NCBI GenBank assembly: GCA_040510375.1
Contig: JBEVJC010000024.1
Location: forward strand, 84,071-148,070
DNA length: 64,000 nucleotides
Reading direction: 5' to 3'
Source: Chitinophagaceae bacterium
GTDB lineage: Bacteria; Bacteroidota; Bacteroidia; Chitinophagales; Chitinophagaceae
Part shown: piece after piece, positions 55,054 through 64,000 of the stretch
Position numbering within the stretch: the first letter of the stretch is position 1
How the letters are laid out: each line of letters opens with the position of its first letter
Notes under the pieces: model-generated
What the model saw: only the letters and a program-made list of their open reading frames with translations
Databases searched by the model: none
Told to the model about the DNA's origin: nothing
Made by a program: the position numbers and the translations under genes

Positions 55054-57492
55054 TTAATTCCTCACGCGGTTCTTCTCGCTGTCGGCACCCGAGGATTCAT
55101 GTTTCTTTTGTGCGAATGCTTCCCCGAAATTATAACTGAAGGTCAATGTGGCGTTCCGGGAATCATTCTTGTTGGTCCAGCTCGCTTCTGCCGAAGCCAG
55201 GTTATTGATGATTCCCCGGTTGATCCGGCTGTAGAACAGATCGTTTACTGCCAGCTTCATATTCATTTTGGCTGAGAACTTTTTCTGGATGGCGAGATTG
55301 GCTCCCCAGATTGTTTTCAGGATAAACTGTGCACTTGTAACATTGGTCCGGTAGTTTCCACTCAGTTCGCCGGTCCAACCCTTCTTCATCGTAATCCTGG
55401 CCATGGGTCCGATGTACCAGTAATTACCACTGGTGTTTAATGTGCCGGTGTAAAATGCGCTTTTTGAATGGATATTGCCGAATTCGGTGTACACATGAAT
55501 ATTAAGCCATTTAAACGGATCGAATGTACCATCCACTGCAATGGTTTTAGTAATACTGCGGCCGATATTTCCCGGGCGGCTGTAATAAATTCCTTCAGAG
55601 ATTTCGATGGTTTCAGAAACATTATCCGTTGTCTGGCTGTATGAAAAAGTAGTAGTAATCCGGTTCTTCCAGGTATGTGACAACTCGAGACTATTTGTAA
55701 AGGCTGGCTTCAGGAAGGGATTGCCGGAATAATAAGTGAATTTATCCATCGGATAAAAAAACGGATTGAGGTCCTGGTAATAAGGCCGGTCAATGCGGCG
55801 ACCATAATTCAATCCGATCTGGTTAACGGATGAAGTATCGAGTTTCCAGGTTACATAAAAAGTGGGAAACAGACTGGTGTATTTACGCAGGAACGATGAA
55901 TCGGGTTTCAGCGCATTACCCAGCTGGTTACCGTCGGAGTTGGTGTGTTCTGCCCTCAAACCCGCCTGCAGCGAAAGTTTCGAACCTTCATAACTCAGGT
56001 TTGTATAACCTGCAAGGATAGTTTCTTTATAAATAAACTGATTGCTTTTTTCATAATCCGGTTTGGTTACACCACCGGTGGTGATATTGTATCCGGCCGT
56101 ATTGTTGGTTTCGGTGTAACTGTTTTTTAAACCCGATTCAAAACGAAAACCTTTTGAAAGGGGGCGTGTATAGTCGGTCTTTACGGTATAGATATCGATA
56201 TTGTTCGGCAGGTCGCCATCCAACCGGTCGTCGTACCTGGGTGAACCATCCGGATTGTAAATATAGTTGCGGTAATCCTGCCGCGTATGATTGCGGTAAC
56301 GGATAAAGTCAACATCGGCCGTGATACCATGACCGCTTTTGTTGAACTGGTGACGGAAGTTGAAGTTGGTACCGATGTTGCGGAACCGGATGCGGTCGTC
56401 GTTCAGGGCAACGATCACAGAGTCTACCTGCCGCGATGATCCAAGCAGGTTACTGGTATTATCATTTATCTGTGTCGATTTCCTGGTCATTCCATTGACC
56501 ATAATCCCCCAGGTGCTTCGTTCGTTCTGGTAAAAGTCAGCACCAGTACGGAACGAAGCCGTATTTCCTTCACGGTCAAAATAACTGTTCTGTTCAAAGA
56601 AAGCACCGGGGCTGCCATCAGGTTTTTTATAAGTCCTGAAAAGATCCAGATCAGTAAAACTGTTATTGTAGGAATTGGCGATGTTGGCGAACACGGTAAA
56701 CTTGTTACGCCGCAGATTGATATTGGCACTGCTGTTGGAACGGGTAAGTTGTCCCTGTGTCAGTCCCAGGTTAACACCTCCGTTCCATCCTTTCTGCCGG
56801 ATTTTTTTTGTACGGATATTGATCACGCCACCGGTACCTGCTGCATCATACCTGGCGGGGGGATTGGTCATCAGTTCTACCTGTTCCAATGAAGAAGCGG
56901 GAAGGGATTTAAGGTAGTTCGCCAGATCATCACCCGAAAGATAGGTTGGTTTATCATCAATAAAAACCATGACACCCTTACCCTTCAGGCTAATGGCCCC
57001 GTTCTGGTCCACCTGCACACCCGGTGATTTTTCCAGTACATCGAGGGCAGTAGATCCGGCGGCTGAGATCATGGCATCAACATTCACGATAGTGCGGTCA
57101 TTTTTCCGGGTCACCAGGGGTTTCCTTGAATTCACTACCACATCATTTAATAAACCCACTTCGGGTTGAAGGATCAATTGCCCAAGATCGTTACCTGCCT
57201 CAGTGGTTTGGATAGTATCAATTTGGTAGGGTGTGAATCCTGTTAGTGTGATAAGTAAGGAATAAGATCCTTTGTTAACCTGATTGAAAGAAAATTGTCC
57301 GCTGCTGTCGGCCATCGCGGTTAATGAAGCCTGCCCGGTTATAAATGGTTTAAGAACAATGGTAGCACCAACTGCGGGTTCGTTTTTTTGATTGTAAATA
57401 CTACCGGTAATATGCAACTGATGTTGGGCGGCAGATACGGATGGGACAAAGATTGCCAGGGTCGCCAGTATGGCAACAAAAAATAGTCTCAT
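55054..57492 (-). CDS. TonB-dependent-receptor-like outer membrane beta-barrel protein with CarboxypepD_reg N-domain
   Basis: Signal peptide, carboxypeptidase-regulatory-like domain, plug-like region (LDVLEKSPGVQVDQNGAISLKGKG), long barrel. Confidence 0.75.
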   Translation of the reverse strand: MRLFFVAILATLAIFVPSVSAAQHQLHITGSIYNQKNEPAVGATIVLKPFITGQASLTAMADSSGQFSFNQVNKGSYSLLITLTGFTPYQIDTIQTTEAGNDLGQLILQPEVGLLNDVVVNSRKPLVTRKNDRTIVNVDAMISAAGSTALDVLEKSPGVQVDQNGAISLKGKGVMVFIDDKPTYLSGDDLANYLKSLPASSLEQVELMTNPPARYDAAGTGGVINIRTKKIRQKGWNGGVNLGLTQGQLTRSNSSANINLRRNKFTVFANIANSYNNSFTDLDLFRTYKKPDGSPGAFFEQNSYFDREGNTASFRTGADFYQNERSTWGIMVNGMTRKSTQINDNTSNLLGSSRQVDSVIVALNDDRIRFRNIGTNFNFRHQFNKSGHGITADVDFIRYRNHTRQDYRNYIYNPDGSPRYDDRLDGDLPNNIDIYTVKTDYTRPLSKGFRFESGLKNSYTETNNTAGYNITTGGVTKPDYEKSNQFIYKETILAGYTNLSYEGSKLSLQAGLRAEHTNSDGNQLGNALKPDSSFLRKYTSLFPTFYVTWKLDTSSVNQIGLNYGRRIDRPYYQDLNPFFYPMDKFTYYSGNPFLKPAFTNSLELSHTWKNRITTTFSYSQTTDNVSETIEISEGIYYSRPGNIGRSITKTIAVDGTFDPFKWLNIHVYTEFGNIHSKSAFYTGTLNTSGNYWYIGPMARITMKKGWTGELSGNYRTNVTSAQFILKTIWGANLAIQKKFSAKMNMKLAVNDLFYSRINRGIINNLASAEASWTNKNDSRNATLTFSYNFGEAFAQKKHESSGADSEKNRVRN

Positions 57493-57539
57493 TAAGTTAT
57501 AGGTTGATTAAGTGAATTCGATATGTTGGAAAGGAAGGA

Positions 57540-59405
57540 TTATCTGATTACAGTATCAGTGTCGTAATTATAGTACCAGCTCCAGTCACCGTTGCCTGAA
57601 AATTTCACATACTTCTTCCTGTATTTTTCAAATACCTGTGCGGGCTGGCGTTTCCCGTTTATAATAAATTCTTTTGTACTGAGTTTAAATGACAGGTTGG
57701 TCAGGTTGTTTGATATAAGACCATCGGTCTGCATTTCGCGGATAAACTCATCGCGGTTTTTATCCACTTCAGTTGATGGTGTCGGAGCCATGGGACCGGA
57801 AGATTTCAGTTCTGCCGGCACAGGCATTTTATTATCCGTCACGTTTACGTTTACGTTTACGTTTGCCGGTTTAAACGAATTGGGAGGAACCTTGGCTACA
57901 ACCGGGTTGGCCTGATCGGTTGCTGTTACAGGTGACGGCACTGATGTGGAAGGTTTTGAAGAACGTGTTGCTGGTGCGACCGGGCGAACAACCGGACGGG
58001 AAGAAGCCGGTGCCGGAGCGGTTGGCGGAAGTGGTGGCAGAGTAGAAAGCGTTGAAGGTGGAACGGTTGGTGAAATCGCTGGCAGGGAAGAAAGTGTTGT
58101 TACCGATGGAGCAGTTGGCGGGTTGGGAACCGATACGGCTGCAGGAACAGTGGGTGGGTCGGGAACCGGTACCGCCCCGGGTGCTGATGCTGGTGGCAAC
58201 GGAGTGGCGGGTACTTTGGCAGGCGGAGGCGGTAGTGTATCTGAACTTCCTGAGGTAAAATAATGACCCGCCGACATCCGGTTTTCCAAGGTGAAGAAGT
58301 CGCCCAACGTACCTGTTAAATTGTATTGGGGTTCGGGGGCGCAGTTAGCGGGAACACTTCCAGCTACCGGTTTGCCGGTAAAAGCCAGCGCCAGCAAAAC
58401 TGCTGTGACAAGGCTGATTGAGATGATTGACTTTTCCATTTTGTTTAGTGTTCGGTTATTATGTTTATAAAGCATTCTTTTTACCCTGGTAAGAAGATGT
58501 GGTGGTTTATCCAGCAAGGCGGTGGCAAGCATCGGCGCGCGATCGTACAATTGTTGGCAGGAGATCAGGGCTTCGATGTATTGTGCAGGTTGTTTAATAT
58601 GCGCAAGTGTAAGATCATCGCAACAATTTTCGCGTTCCTTACGGATCTGGGATGCCACCCACAGTACGGCCGGGTTGAAAAAGAAAATAGTTTCCAGGAT
58701 ATTCATCAGCAGGTTGACCAGGTAGTCGCGCCTGCTGATATGCGCCAGTTCATGAAGCAGGATGGCTTCTATCTGTGAGGCTGGCAAGGTAGTCAGTAAC
58801 TGGAAGGGCAGCAGGATCACGGGTTTGAAATGACCAATCACCAGAGGTACTGTTACAGAATGGGAACGGAGCAGGGCTACTCTCCTGTTTATGCCAAGCA
58901 GGGTTGACAACCGTTCCAGCATTTCTGTCCATTCTTTACCTGCTACTTCGTTATGGTGATGTCTTAGCTGATGAACGCGATACAGTCCACCTGCGAGACG
59001 AATTGTACGGATGACCATGAACAGCAACCAGACGGCAACAATGGTCGTCGAATGATCACGTGTAAACGACATAAGTGAGTCGGTTAAATCATCCGTGTAA
59101 TTCCCACCGGTAATAACAACCGGTTTAACATAGTTGCCCGCCATTACAGTTTGTTCAACCGTTTGTATGGAGGAAGGCAAAGGCCGGAGCTGCCAGAGGA
59201 GAATCACTATCATGCCCAGGGTAAACATAGCCATGGACGCCAGCATCAGATTATATCTCCGTCGTGCACCGGCGTTCCTTGTTGCCAGGATAACTAATGA
59301 AACCAAAACTACCAGTACAAGTCCCGCCCAGAGGGAATGAATCAGCCAGGAGCTTAATAACTGTATGAGCGACGACGAATTTATAAAAAGGAATTTGGGT
59401 ACCAT
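57540..59405 (-). CDS. BlaR1/MecR1-type M56 family membrane metalloprotease-sensor with a long Pro-rich linker and a C-terminal domain of unknown function
   Basis: HELAHISRRD (HExxH) within the M56 TM core; about 170 aa of Pro/Ala/Ser/Thr/Val-rich region; NVNVNVNV encoded by (ACGTTT)4 on the plus strand at 57841-57864. Confidence 0.8.
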   Translation of the reverse strand: MVPKFLFINSSSLIQLLSSWLIHSLWAGLVLVVLVSLVILATRNAGARRRYNLMLASMAMFTLGMIVILLWQLRPLPSSIQTVEQTVMAGNYVKPVVITGGNYTDDLTDSLMSFTRDHSTTIVAVWLLFMVIRTIRLAGGLYRVHQLRHHHNEVAGKEWTEMLERLSTLLGINRRVALLRSHSVTVPLVIGHFKPVILLPFQLLTTLPASQIEAILLHELAHISRRDYLVNLLMNILETIFFFNPAVLWVASQIRKERENCCDDLTLAHIKQPAQYIEALISCQQLYDRAPMLATALLDKPPHLLTRVKRMLYKHNNRTLNKMEKSIISISLVTAVLLALAFTGKPVAGSVPANCAPEPQYNLTGTLGDFFTLENRMSAGHYFTSGSSDTLPPPPAKVPATPLPPASAPGAVPVPDPPTVPAAVSVPNPPTAPSVTTLSSLPAISPTVPPSTLSTLPPLPPTAPAPASSRPVVRPVAPATRSSKPSTSVPSPVTATDQANPVVAKVPPNSFKPANVNVNVNVTDNKMPVPAELKSSGPMAPTPSTEVDKNRDEFIREMQTDGLISNNLTNLSFKLSTKEFIINGKRQPAQVFEKYRKKYVKFSGNGDWSWYYNYDTDTVIR

Positions 59406-59411
59406 GGTAAA

Positions 59412-59795
59412 TTATTTTTCAAATTTTTTAAGTAGTTCACGGATTTCCTCGATCTCCTGGCTTGACGTTTTTTTATTCCCGAGCAGTTGCATTACCAACT
59501 GGCTGGCGGAGCCCTTGTACATGGAGTCGACAAACTTCTGCAGCAGGTACGACTTGGTTTTATTCTCCTCCTCCACCACCGAATAAACATGCTTCATCTG
59601 CGTCTCATCACGTTTCAACAAACCTTTGTCGGCCATGATCTGCATCAGCTTCAGCGTGGTGGTATAATTGATATCACGTTGTTTTTCCAGTTCATTGTGG
59701 ACAGTCCGCACAGTTGCGGGTCCGGTCTGCCATAATACCTGGAGAATTTCGAGTTCCGATTTTGTAGGCTCCGGTGCCGTTTGTTTATTTTTCAT
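59412..59795 (-). CDS. BlaI/MecI/CopY family transcriptional repressor
   Basis: LEILQVLWQTGPATVRTVHNEL...YTTTLKLMQIM winged helix; 127 aa; lies 6 nt upstream of the M56 gene. Confidence 0.85.
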   Translation of the reverse strand: MKNKQTAPEPTKSELEILQVLWQTGPATVRTVHNELEKQRDINYTTTLKLMQIMADKGLLKRDETQMKHVYSVVEEENKTKSYLLQKFVDSMYKGSASQLVMQLLGNKKTSSQEIEEIRELLKKFEK

Positions 59796-59879
59796 AACGA
59801 CCTAAAGGTAGGAAATATTTCGTACGAACAAAATATTAGCGACTATAATTTATCTTTCTTACCTAACAAACAACAAAAC

Positions 59880-61448
59880 ATGAGCAAACTAATCGCGGTC
59901 TTTTTTCTGGTGATCCTTTCTGCACCTGCTTTTTCGCAGGAAAAAGTGGATGCTGAAATGATGAAAAAAATCAGGAACGAGGGGTTAAATAATTCCAAAG
60001 TAATGGAGATAGCCTACTTCCTTACAGATGTAAGTGGTCCAAGACTGGCCAAATCGGCCGGATTCACCCGTGCTTCTGCCTGGGCGGCGGCTGAACTGAA
60101 AAAATGGGGACTGGAAAATTCAACATTGGAACCCTGGGGTGAATTTGGAAAGAGCTGGGATCTTCAAAAAAGTTATGTTGCCATGACGGCACCTTATTAC
60201 CGGCCGCTGATTGCTTTTCCAAAAACCTGGACCAGGGGAACGGGTGGTTTGAAAAATGCGGAAGTGATCCTCATTAAGGCCAGCGATTCGGTGGGTCTGG
60301 AAGTATACAGGGGAAAGTTAAAAGGGAAGGTTATCGTTATTTACAAAACAGATACATTGAAACAATCGTTTACACCCGATGCAACCCGTTATGCTGATTC
60401 AACGCTGGAGAAGCTGGCTGCTGCAGCACCTGCCGGGGCAAGGGCACCGATTGATACTGCCCAGATGCGTCGTATGCGCGAAGCCAATATGGGTCTCAAT
60501 TCCATGAACAATGCATTAAAAGCAATGGCTGAATCGGAAGGGGCTGTTGCCATGCTCAGTATGAGTACGCGCGGACACGACGGTACTTTATTTGTGCAGG
60601 GAGGTGGTGCATATGCACCGGGTTCGAAGGATAATTTTCCGGATATCATGGTTGCATTTGAAGATTATATGAGTATCTGCCGGCTGGCCAATGGAGGAGT
60701 TCCGGTTAAACTGGATGTAGAATTGCAGACCAGCATGAGCGAAACAGATACCAAAGGATACAATGTTATTGCGGAGATAAGGGGAACCGATCCAACATTA
60801 AAAGACGAATTGGTGATGCTGGGTGGACATCTCGACAGCTGGCAGGGTGCAACCGGTGCAACAGATAATGCGGCTGGATGTTCTGTCATGATGGAAGCGG
60901 TGCGCATATTGAAGGCATTGGGTGTGAAACCCCGCCGTACTATCCGTATTGCGTTATGGAATGGCGAGGAACAGGGCTTGCTTGGTTCGAGGGGTTATGT
61001 CAAAAACCATTTCGGCGACCCGGCCACTATGGAATTGAAACCCGATCATGCAAAGTTTTCCAGTTATTTTAATATTGACAATGGTACCGGTAAAATCCGC
61101 GGAATTTACACGCAGGGCAATGAACAGGTGAAGGGAATTTTCACAAGCTGGCTGGCGCCATTTAATGATCTTGGTGCATCGACTGTGAGTGTATCGAATA
61201 CCGGTGGAACGGATCATCAGTCATTTGATGCAGTGGGCCTGCCTGGTTTCCAGTTTATCCAGGATCCCATCGAGTACAATACGCGCACGCATCATACCAA
61301 TATGGATACCTATGATCACCTGATTGCAGCAGACCTTAAACAGATTTCCACTATTGTAGCAGCCTTTGTATACAATGCTGCCATGCGTGATGAAAAACTT
61401 CCCAGGAAAGAATTACCAAAGCCCAGGGGCACAGGTGGGGGACGTTAA
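59880..61448 (+). CDS. M28 family metallopeptidase (aminopeptidase) with PA-like insert
   Basis: Signal peptide from the ATG at 59880; GGHLDSW, ATDNAAG, WNGEEQGLLGS and TDHQSF metal-ligand blocks. Confidence 0.8.
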   Translation: MSKLIAVFFLVILSAPAFSQEKVDAEMMKKIRNEGLNNSKVMEIAYFLTDVSGPRLAKSAGFTRASAWAAAELKKWGLENSTLEPWGEFGKSWDLQKSYVAMTAPYYRPLIAFPKTWTRGTGGLKNAEVILIKASDSVGLEVYRGKLKGKVIVIYKTDTLKQSFTPDATRYADSTLEKLAAAAPAGARAPIDTAQMRRMREANMGLNSMNNALKAMAESEGAVAMLSMSTRGHDGTLFVQGGGAYAPGSKDNFPDIMVAFEDYMSICRLANGGVPVKLDVELQTSMSETDTKGYNVIAEIRGTDPTLKDELVMLGGHLDSWQGATGATDNAAGCSVMMEAVRILKALGVKPRRTIRIALWNGEEQGLLGSRGYVKNHFGDPATMELKPDHAKFSSYFNIDNGTGKIRGIYTQGNEQVKGIFTSWLAPFNDLGASTVSVSNTGGTDHQSFDAVGLPGFQFIQDPIEYNTRTHHTNMDTYDHLIAADLKQISTIVAAFVYNAAMRDEKLPRKELPKPRGTGGGR

Positions 61449-61509
61449 CAAGGCTCTGTATCCAATACAGAAAAACCCTTGTTAACTTTGCCGTTGAAAG
61501 TAAAATAAT

Positions 61510-62982
61510 ATGCCCGATAAACCAGTGCTGGAAACAAAGGAAAAAAAAGAACCGGGTAAATGGAAGGTTCTGGCAACGGTTGCGCTTGGTACTTTCATGG
61601 CAACACTGGATAGCAGTATTGTCAATATTGCCTTACCCACTATCCGGCGTGAGCTTGATACGGGCGACAATGTGGAATGGATCGTGCTGAGTTATTTACT
61701 GATGACCACAAGCACCTTACTCATCATGGGTAAGTTGTCTGATATGTTTGGCCGCAAGAATATCTATGTGTCCGGATTCTGCGTATTTGTGGTCGGTTCC
61801 TTTTTATGTGGTATATCATGGAATCTCTGGTCGCTTGTAGGATTCAGGATTCTCCAGGGCCTTGGGGCTTCTATGATGTTTGCGATTGGTCCCGCCATCA
61901 TCAGTGATGCCTTCCCGCCCACCGAGCGCGGGAGGGCATTGGGCTGGATGGGAACGGTGGTGGCGGCGGGCGCCAGTTTTGGTCCGGTTGCAGGCGGTTT
62001 GTTACTCGAACATTTTGGTTGGGAAAGTATTTTTTATGTGAATGTACCCATCGGGATTATTGCTATCTGGCGGGCACTAACCGTGATTCCTTCCCGGCCC
62101 CGGGTACCTTCAGTTAAATTTGATATTGGTGGTGCTGCTTTATTTTTCCTGGGAGTAACCACCTTACTTATCGGGATTGACTTTGGCGGCGATATCCGGT
62201 ATGGATGGAAAGATCCGCTGGTATCAGGTATGCTGGTATCGGGTGTGGTATTGCTTGTATTGTTCCTGTATTGGGAACGACGGGTATCCACGCCGATGTT
62301 AAAACTCAACCTGTTCAGGATAAAACCTTTCTCCTCTGCGCTCGCAACAGCAGGCCTGGCTTTTATGGCAGGTGGTGCAAATCTTTATATACTTCCATTT
62401 TTCCTGCAGTTGTTATTGGGATTCAGTCCGCAGGATGCAGGACTGATCCTGCTTGCGGGTCCGCTTACACTAAGTATTGCAGCGCCGATTGGTGGTTACC
62501 TGTCGGACAAAGTCAGTACCCGGTGGATTGCCAGTGCGGGATTACTTGTGTCGGCCTGCGGATATTTTTCACTTTCTTTTTTACAGGGCGACTGGACTTC
62601 AATTGATATCCTCTGGCGTTTGTCGCTGCTGAGCCTGGGTTTCGGTTTTTTCCAGTCGCCCAACAGCAGCAGTGCGCTCAACTCCGCTCCCATCCTGGAT
62701 CGTGGGGTAGCCAGCAGCCTGATTGCCTTTATGCGAAACCTGGGCCTGGTATTCGGTATTTCCATGAGTGCCGCAGTATGGTATGGTGTCCGCGACTGGT
62801 ATGCAATGCGTAATCATGTTGATATACTGAGTAATCAGGCCCAGGTAGATGGCATGCAAAAAGTTTACCTGGTGACAAGTATACTGGTTTTCTTTGCAGC
62901 CATGATTTCTTTGTTGCGCGGCGACAACCGCCAGGTGGTTACCACTCCCGAAGTGCCGGTACATGGAGGTCCGCCCGTTTAG
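61510..62982 (+). CDS. MFS transporter, DHA2 (EmrB/QacA, 14-TMS) type
   Basis: LDSSIVNIALPTI motif, GKLSDMFGRK motif A, 14 hydrophobic segments. Confidence 0.8.
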   Translation: MPDKPVLETKEKKEPGKWKVLATVALGTFMATLDSSIVNIALPTIRRELDTGDNVEWIVLSYLLMTTSTLLIMGKLSDMFGRKNIYVSGFCVFVVGSFLCGISWNLWSLVGFRILQGLGASMMFAIGPAIISDAFPPTERGRALGWMGTVVAAGASFGPVAGGLLLEHFGWESIFYVNVPIGIIAIWRALTVIPSRPRVPSVKFDIGGAALFFLGVTTLLIGIDFGGDIRYGWKDPLVSGMLVSGVVLLVLFLYWERRVSTPMLKLNLFRIKPFSSALATAGLAFMAGGANLYILPFFLQLLLGFSPQDAGLILLAGPLTLSIAAPIGGYLSDKVSTRWIASAGLLVSACGYFSLSFLQGDWTSIDILWRLSLLSLGFGFFQSPNSSSALNSAPILDRGVASSLIAFMRNLGLVFGISMSAAVWYGVRDWYAMRNHVDILSNQAQVDGMQKVYLVTSILVFFAAMISLLRGDNRQVVTTPEVPVHGGPPV

Positions 62983-63458
62983 TTTTGCCGGCTGCTTTCC
63001 AGTTTTTCAAACAACTCACCCTGGCCCGGATTCGCATCATAACTAACCATCCATTGAACGCCATACTTATCTGCAAAAGTGCCAAAATATGCACCCCACA
63101 TTTCCACTTTCATACCACTAAGGGCAGAACCACCATCGCTCAGTCCGGCATAAATAACATCTGCTTCTTCCTTGGAAGAAGTGCTGACCGACAGCGAAAA
63201 ATGATTCCCCATTGTTACTGTATAACCCATGGTTTCCATGGCATCAGAAGCCATGATCATTGCTCCGTTGGGTAACTGCAGGGCCATATGCATGATCTTG
63301 TTTTTATCTGCCGGCGTAAGGTTTTCCGCACCGGGCATACCAGGCATGTCTTTCATCCGCATGATAACGGGGAATTCACCACCAAGCACACTTTGGTAAA
63401 ACCGGAGAGCCTCTTCCGCCTGACCCGGGAAATTTAAATAAAAGTTGGTAAGTATCAT
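62979..63458 (-). CDS. VOC/glyoxalase-fold protein (PhnB-like)
   Basis: FYLNFPGQAEEALRFYQSVLGGEF...KYGVQWMV is the typical PhnB/3-demethylubiquinone-like VOC pattern. Confidence 0.7.
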   Translation of the reverse strand: MILTNFYLNFPGQAEEALRFYQSVLGGEFPVIMRMKDMPGMPGAENLTPADKNKIMHMALQLPNGAMIMASDAMETMGYTVTMGNHFSLSVSTSSKEEADVIYAGLSDGGSALSGMKVEMWGAYFGTFADKYGVQWMVSYDANPGQGELFEKLESSRQN

Positions 63459-63646
63459 AGCTGTAAATTTTACTCAAGGTAGCTACATTGGGATACAGCC
63501 GGAAGGGCAGAACGGTCAATTGAAAGGTCGTTTGCGACAAATATGGCCGTCGCAAAAACAACTGCACCGATATTATATATACAAATAAAAAAGGGGGCGG
63601 AAACAGATCCGGTTAAATAATCCGAGGAACTTTCCCGAGTTAAAAT

Positions 63647-63955
63647 TCAGGCAATATGGTCCTCGTTCTTCCGCGATTTTATAACAGCAAACAAGCGCTC
63701 AAGAATCAATCCATAAAACAGGCTGTTGATCAGCAATCCCGCACAGAAAACAACTGAACTGGTTTCGGCCAGCTTCGGGAACAATGTATGGGTCGGAAAC
63801 CGGAGTACCTCAAATAACCCCGAAAGAAAAACGATCAGGAAATTTGAATGTGATTCGCCCGACCTGAACTCCAATGTGCCAAAGAGACTTACAACCACAA
63901 GAAGCCCAACAATCATCGAGGCAGTGACAAATACTTTTCTGTTAAAATTTTTCAT
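63647..63955 (-). CDS. small 3-TM membrane protein, unknown function
   Basis: ATG ORF with three hydrophobic helices. Confidence 0.4.
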   Translation of the reverse strand: MKNFNRKVFVTASMIVGLLVVVSLFGTLEFRSGESHSNFLIVFLSGLFEVLRFPTHTLFPKLAETSSVVFCAGLLINSLFYGLILERLFAVIKSRKNEDHIA

Positions 63956-64000
63956 GAGTCAGATAACTAACGGCGAAGGTACAATGGAAATTTTCATTTA

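Noticed and set aside
57841-57864. (ACGTTT)4 hexanucleotide microsatellite as a phase-variation switch
   Set aside because: The unit length is a multiple of 3. Slippage would only change the number of Asn-Val dipeptides in a disordered linker and cannot switch the frame.
57946-58263. Gly/Ala/Val-rich 105-aa plus-strand ORF
   Set aside because: It is the mirror image of the Pro-rich linker coding region of the M56 gene: CCN codons read as GGN on the opposite strand.
63491-63575. TTTGCGAC-N10-GTCGCAAA hairpin as a terminator between the small membrane protein and VOC genes
   Set aside because: The stem is only 8 bp with a 10-nt loop, and there is no T-run on the relevant (minus) strand. This is too weak to annotate.
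1-64000. Search for tRNA/rRNA genes, transposases, integrases, phage or defence-system genes
   Set aside because: No intergenic gap has tRNA-like cloverleaf potential, and no ORF shows recombinase/transposase (DDE, tyrosine or serine recombinase) or known defence-system motifs. The window looks like stable chromosome. This is a by-eye assessment only.

Overview
This is a Bacteroidota-type chromosomal segment: it has three SusC/SusD pairs, a T9SS C-terminal sorting-domain protein and a BlaI/BlaR1-like pair. I saw no transposase, integrase, tRNA, rRNA or CRISPR. All family calls come from motifs I recognise by eye in the supplied translations; no HMM or BLAST search was run.

Layout:
- 1-6000: housekeeping and miscellaneous genes (partial peptidase-like gene, AraC regulator + MBL hydrolase, accA, alpha/beta hydrolase, NDH-2).
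- 6160-19960: a LacI-controlled uronate/glucuronoside utilisation locus (lipoprotein, SusD, SusC, uxuA, SDR mannonate oxidoreductase, LacI, GH88, alginate-lyase-fold lyase, GH2). A shared 14-nt operator-like motif lies upstream of each of its three transcription units.
- 20585-33407: the most unusual part, a single-strand array. It runs Y_Y_Y/LuxR regulator, TTG-start membrane protein, AhpD-like P4, a 3 x 38-bp junction repeat, MFS, AhpD-like P3, P2, P1, SusC, SusD, then a 4-TM DUF3179 protein. It contains no CAZyme at all.
- 33816-44361: a second, plus-strand SusC/SusD locus (PKD lipoprotein, SusC, SusD, VCBS/ASPIC protein, clan GH-A hydrolase).
- 44629-63955: mixed genes (HxlR + DoxX, two 83-aa ORFs, transglutaminase-like, S9 peptidase, DUF5916/CBM9-like, T9SS cargo, Gfo/Idh/MocA, a BlaI-BlaR1(M56)-OM barrel module, M28 peptidase, DHA2 MFS, VOC protein).

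The best candidate for an undescribed system is the CAZyme-free SusC/SusD + DUF3179 + MFS + 4x CxxCxxxH (AhpD/CMD-family) operon.
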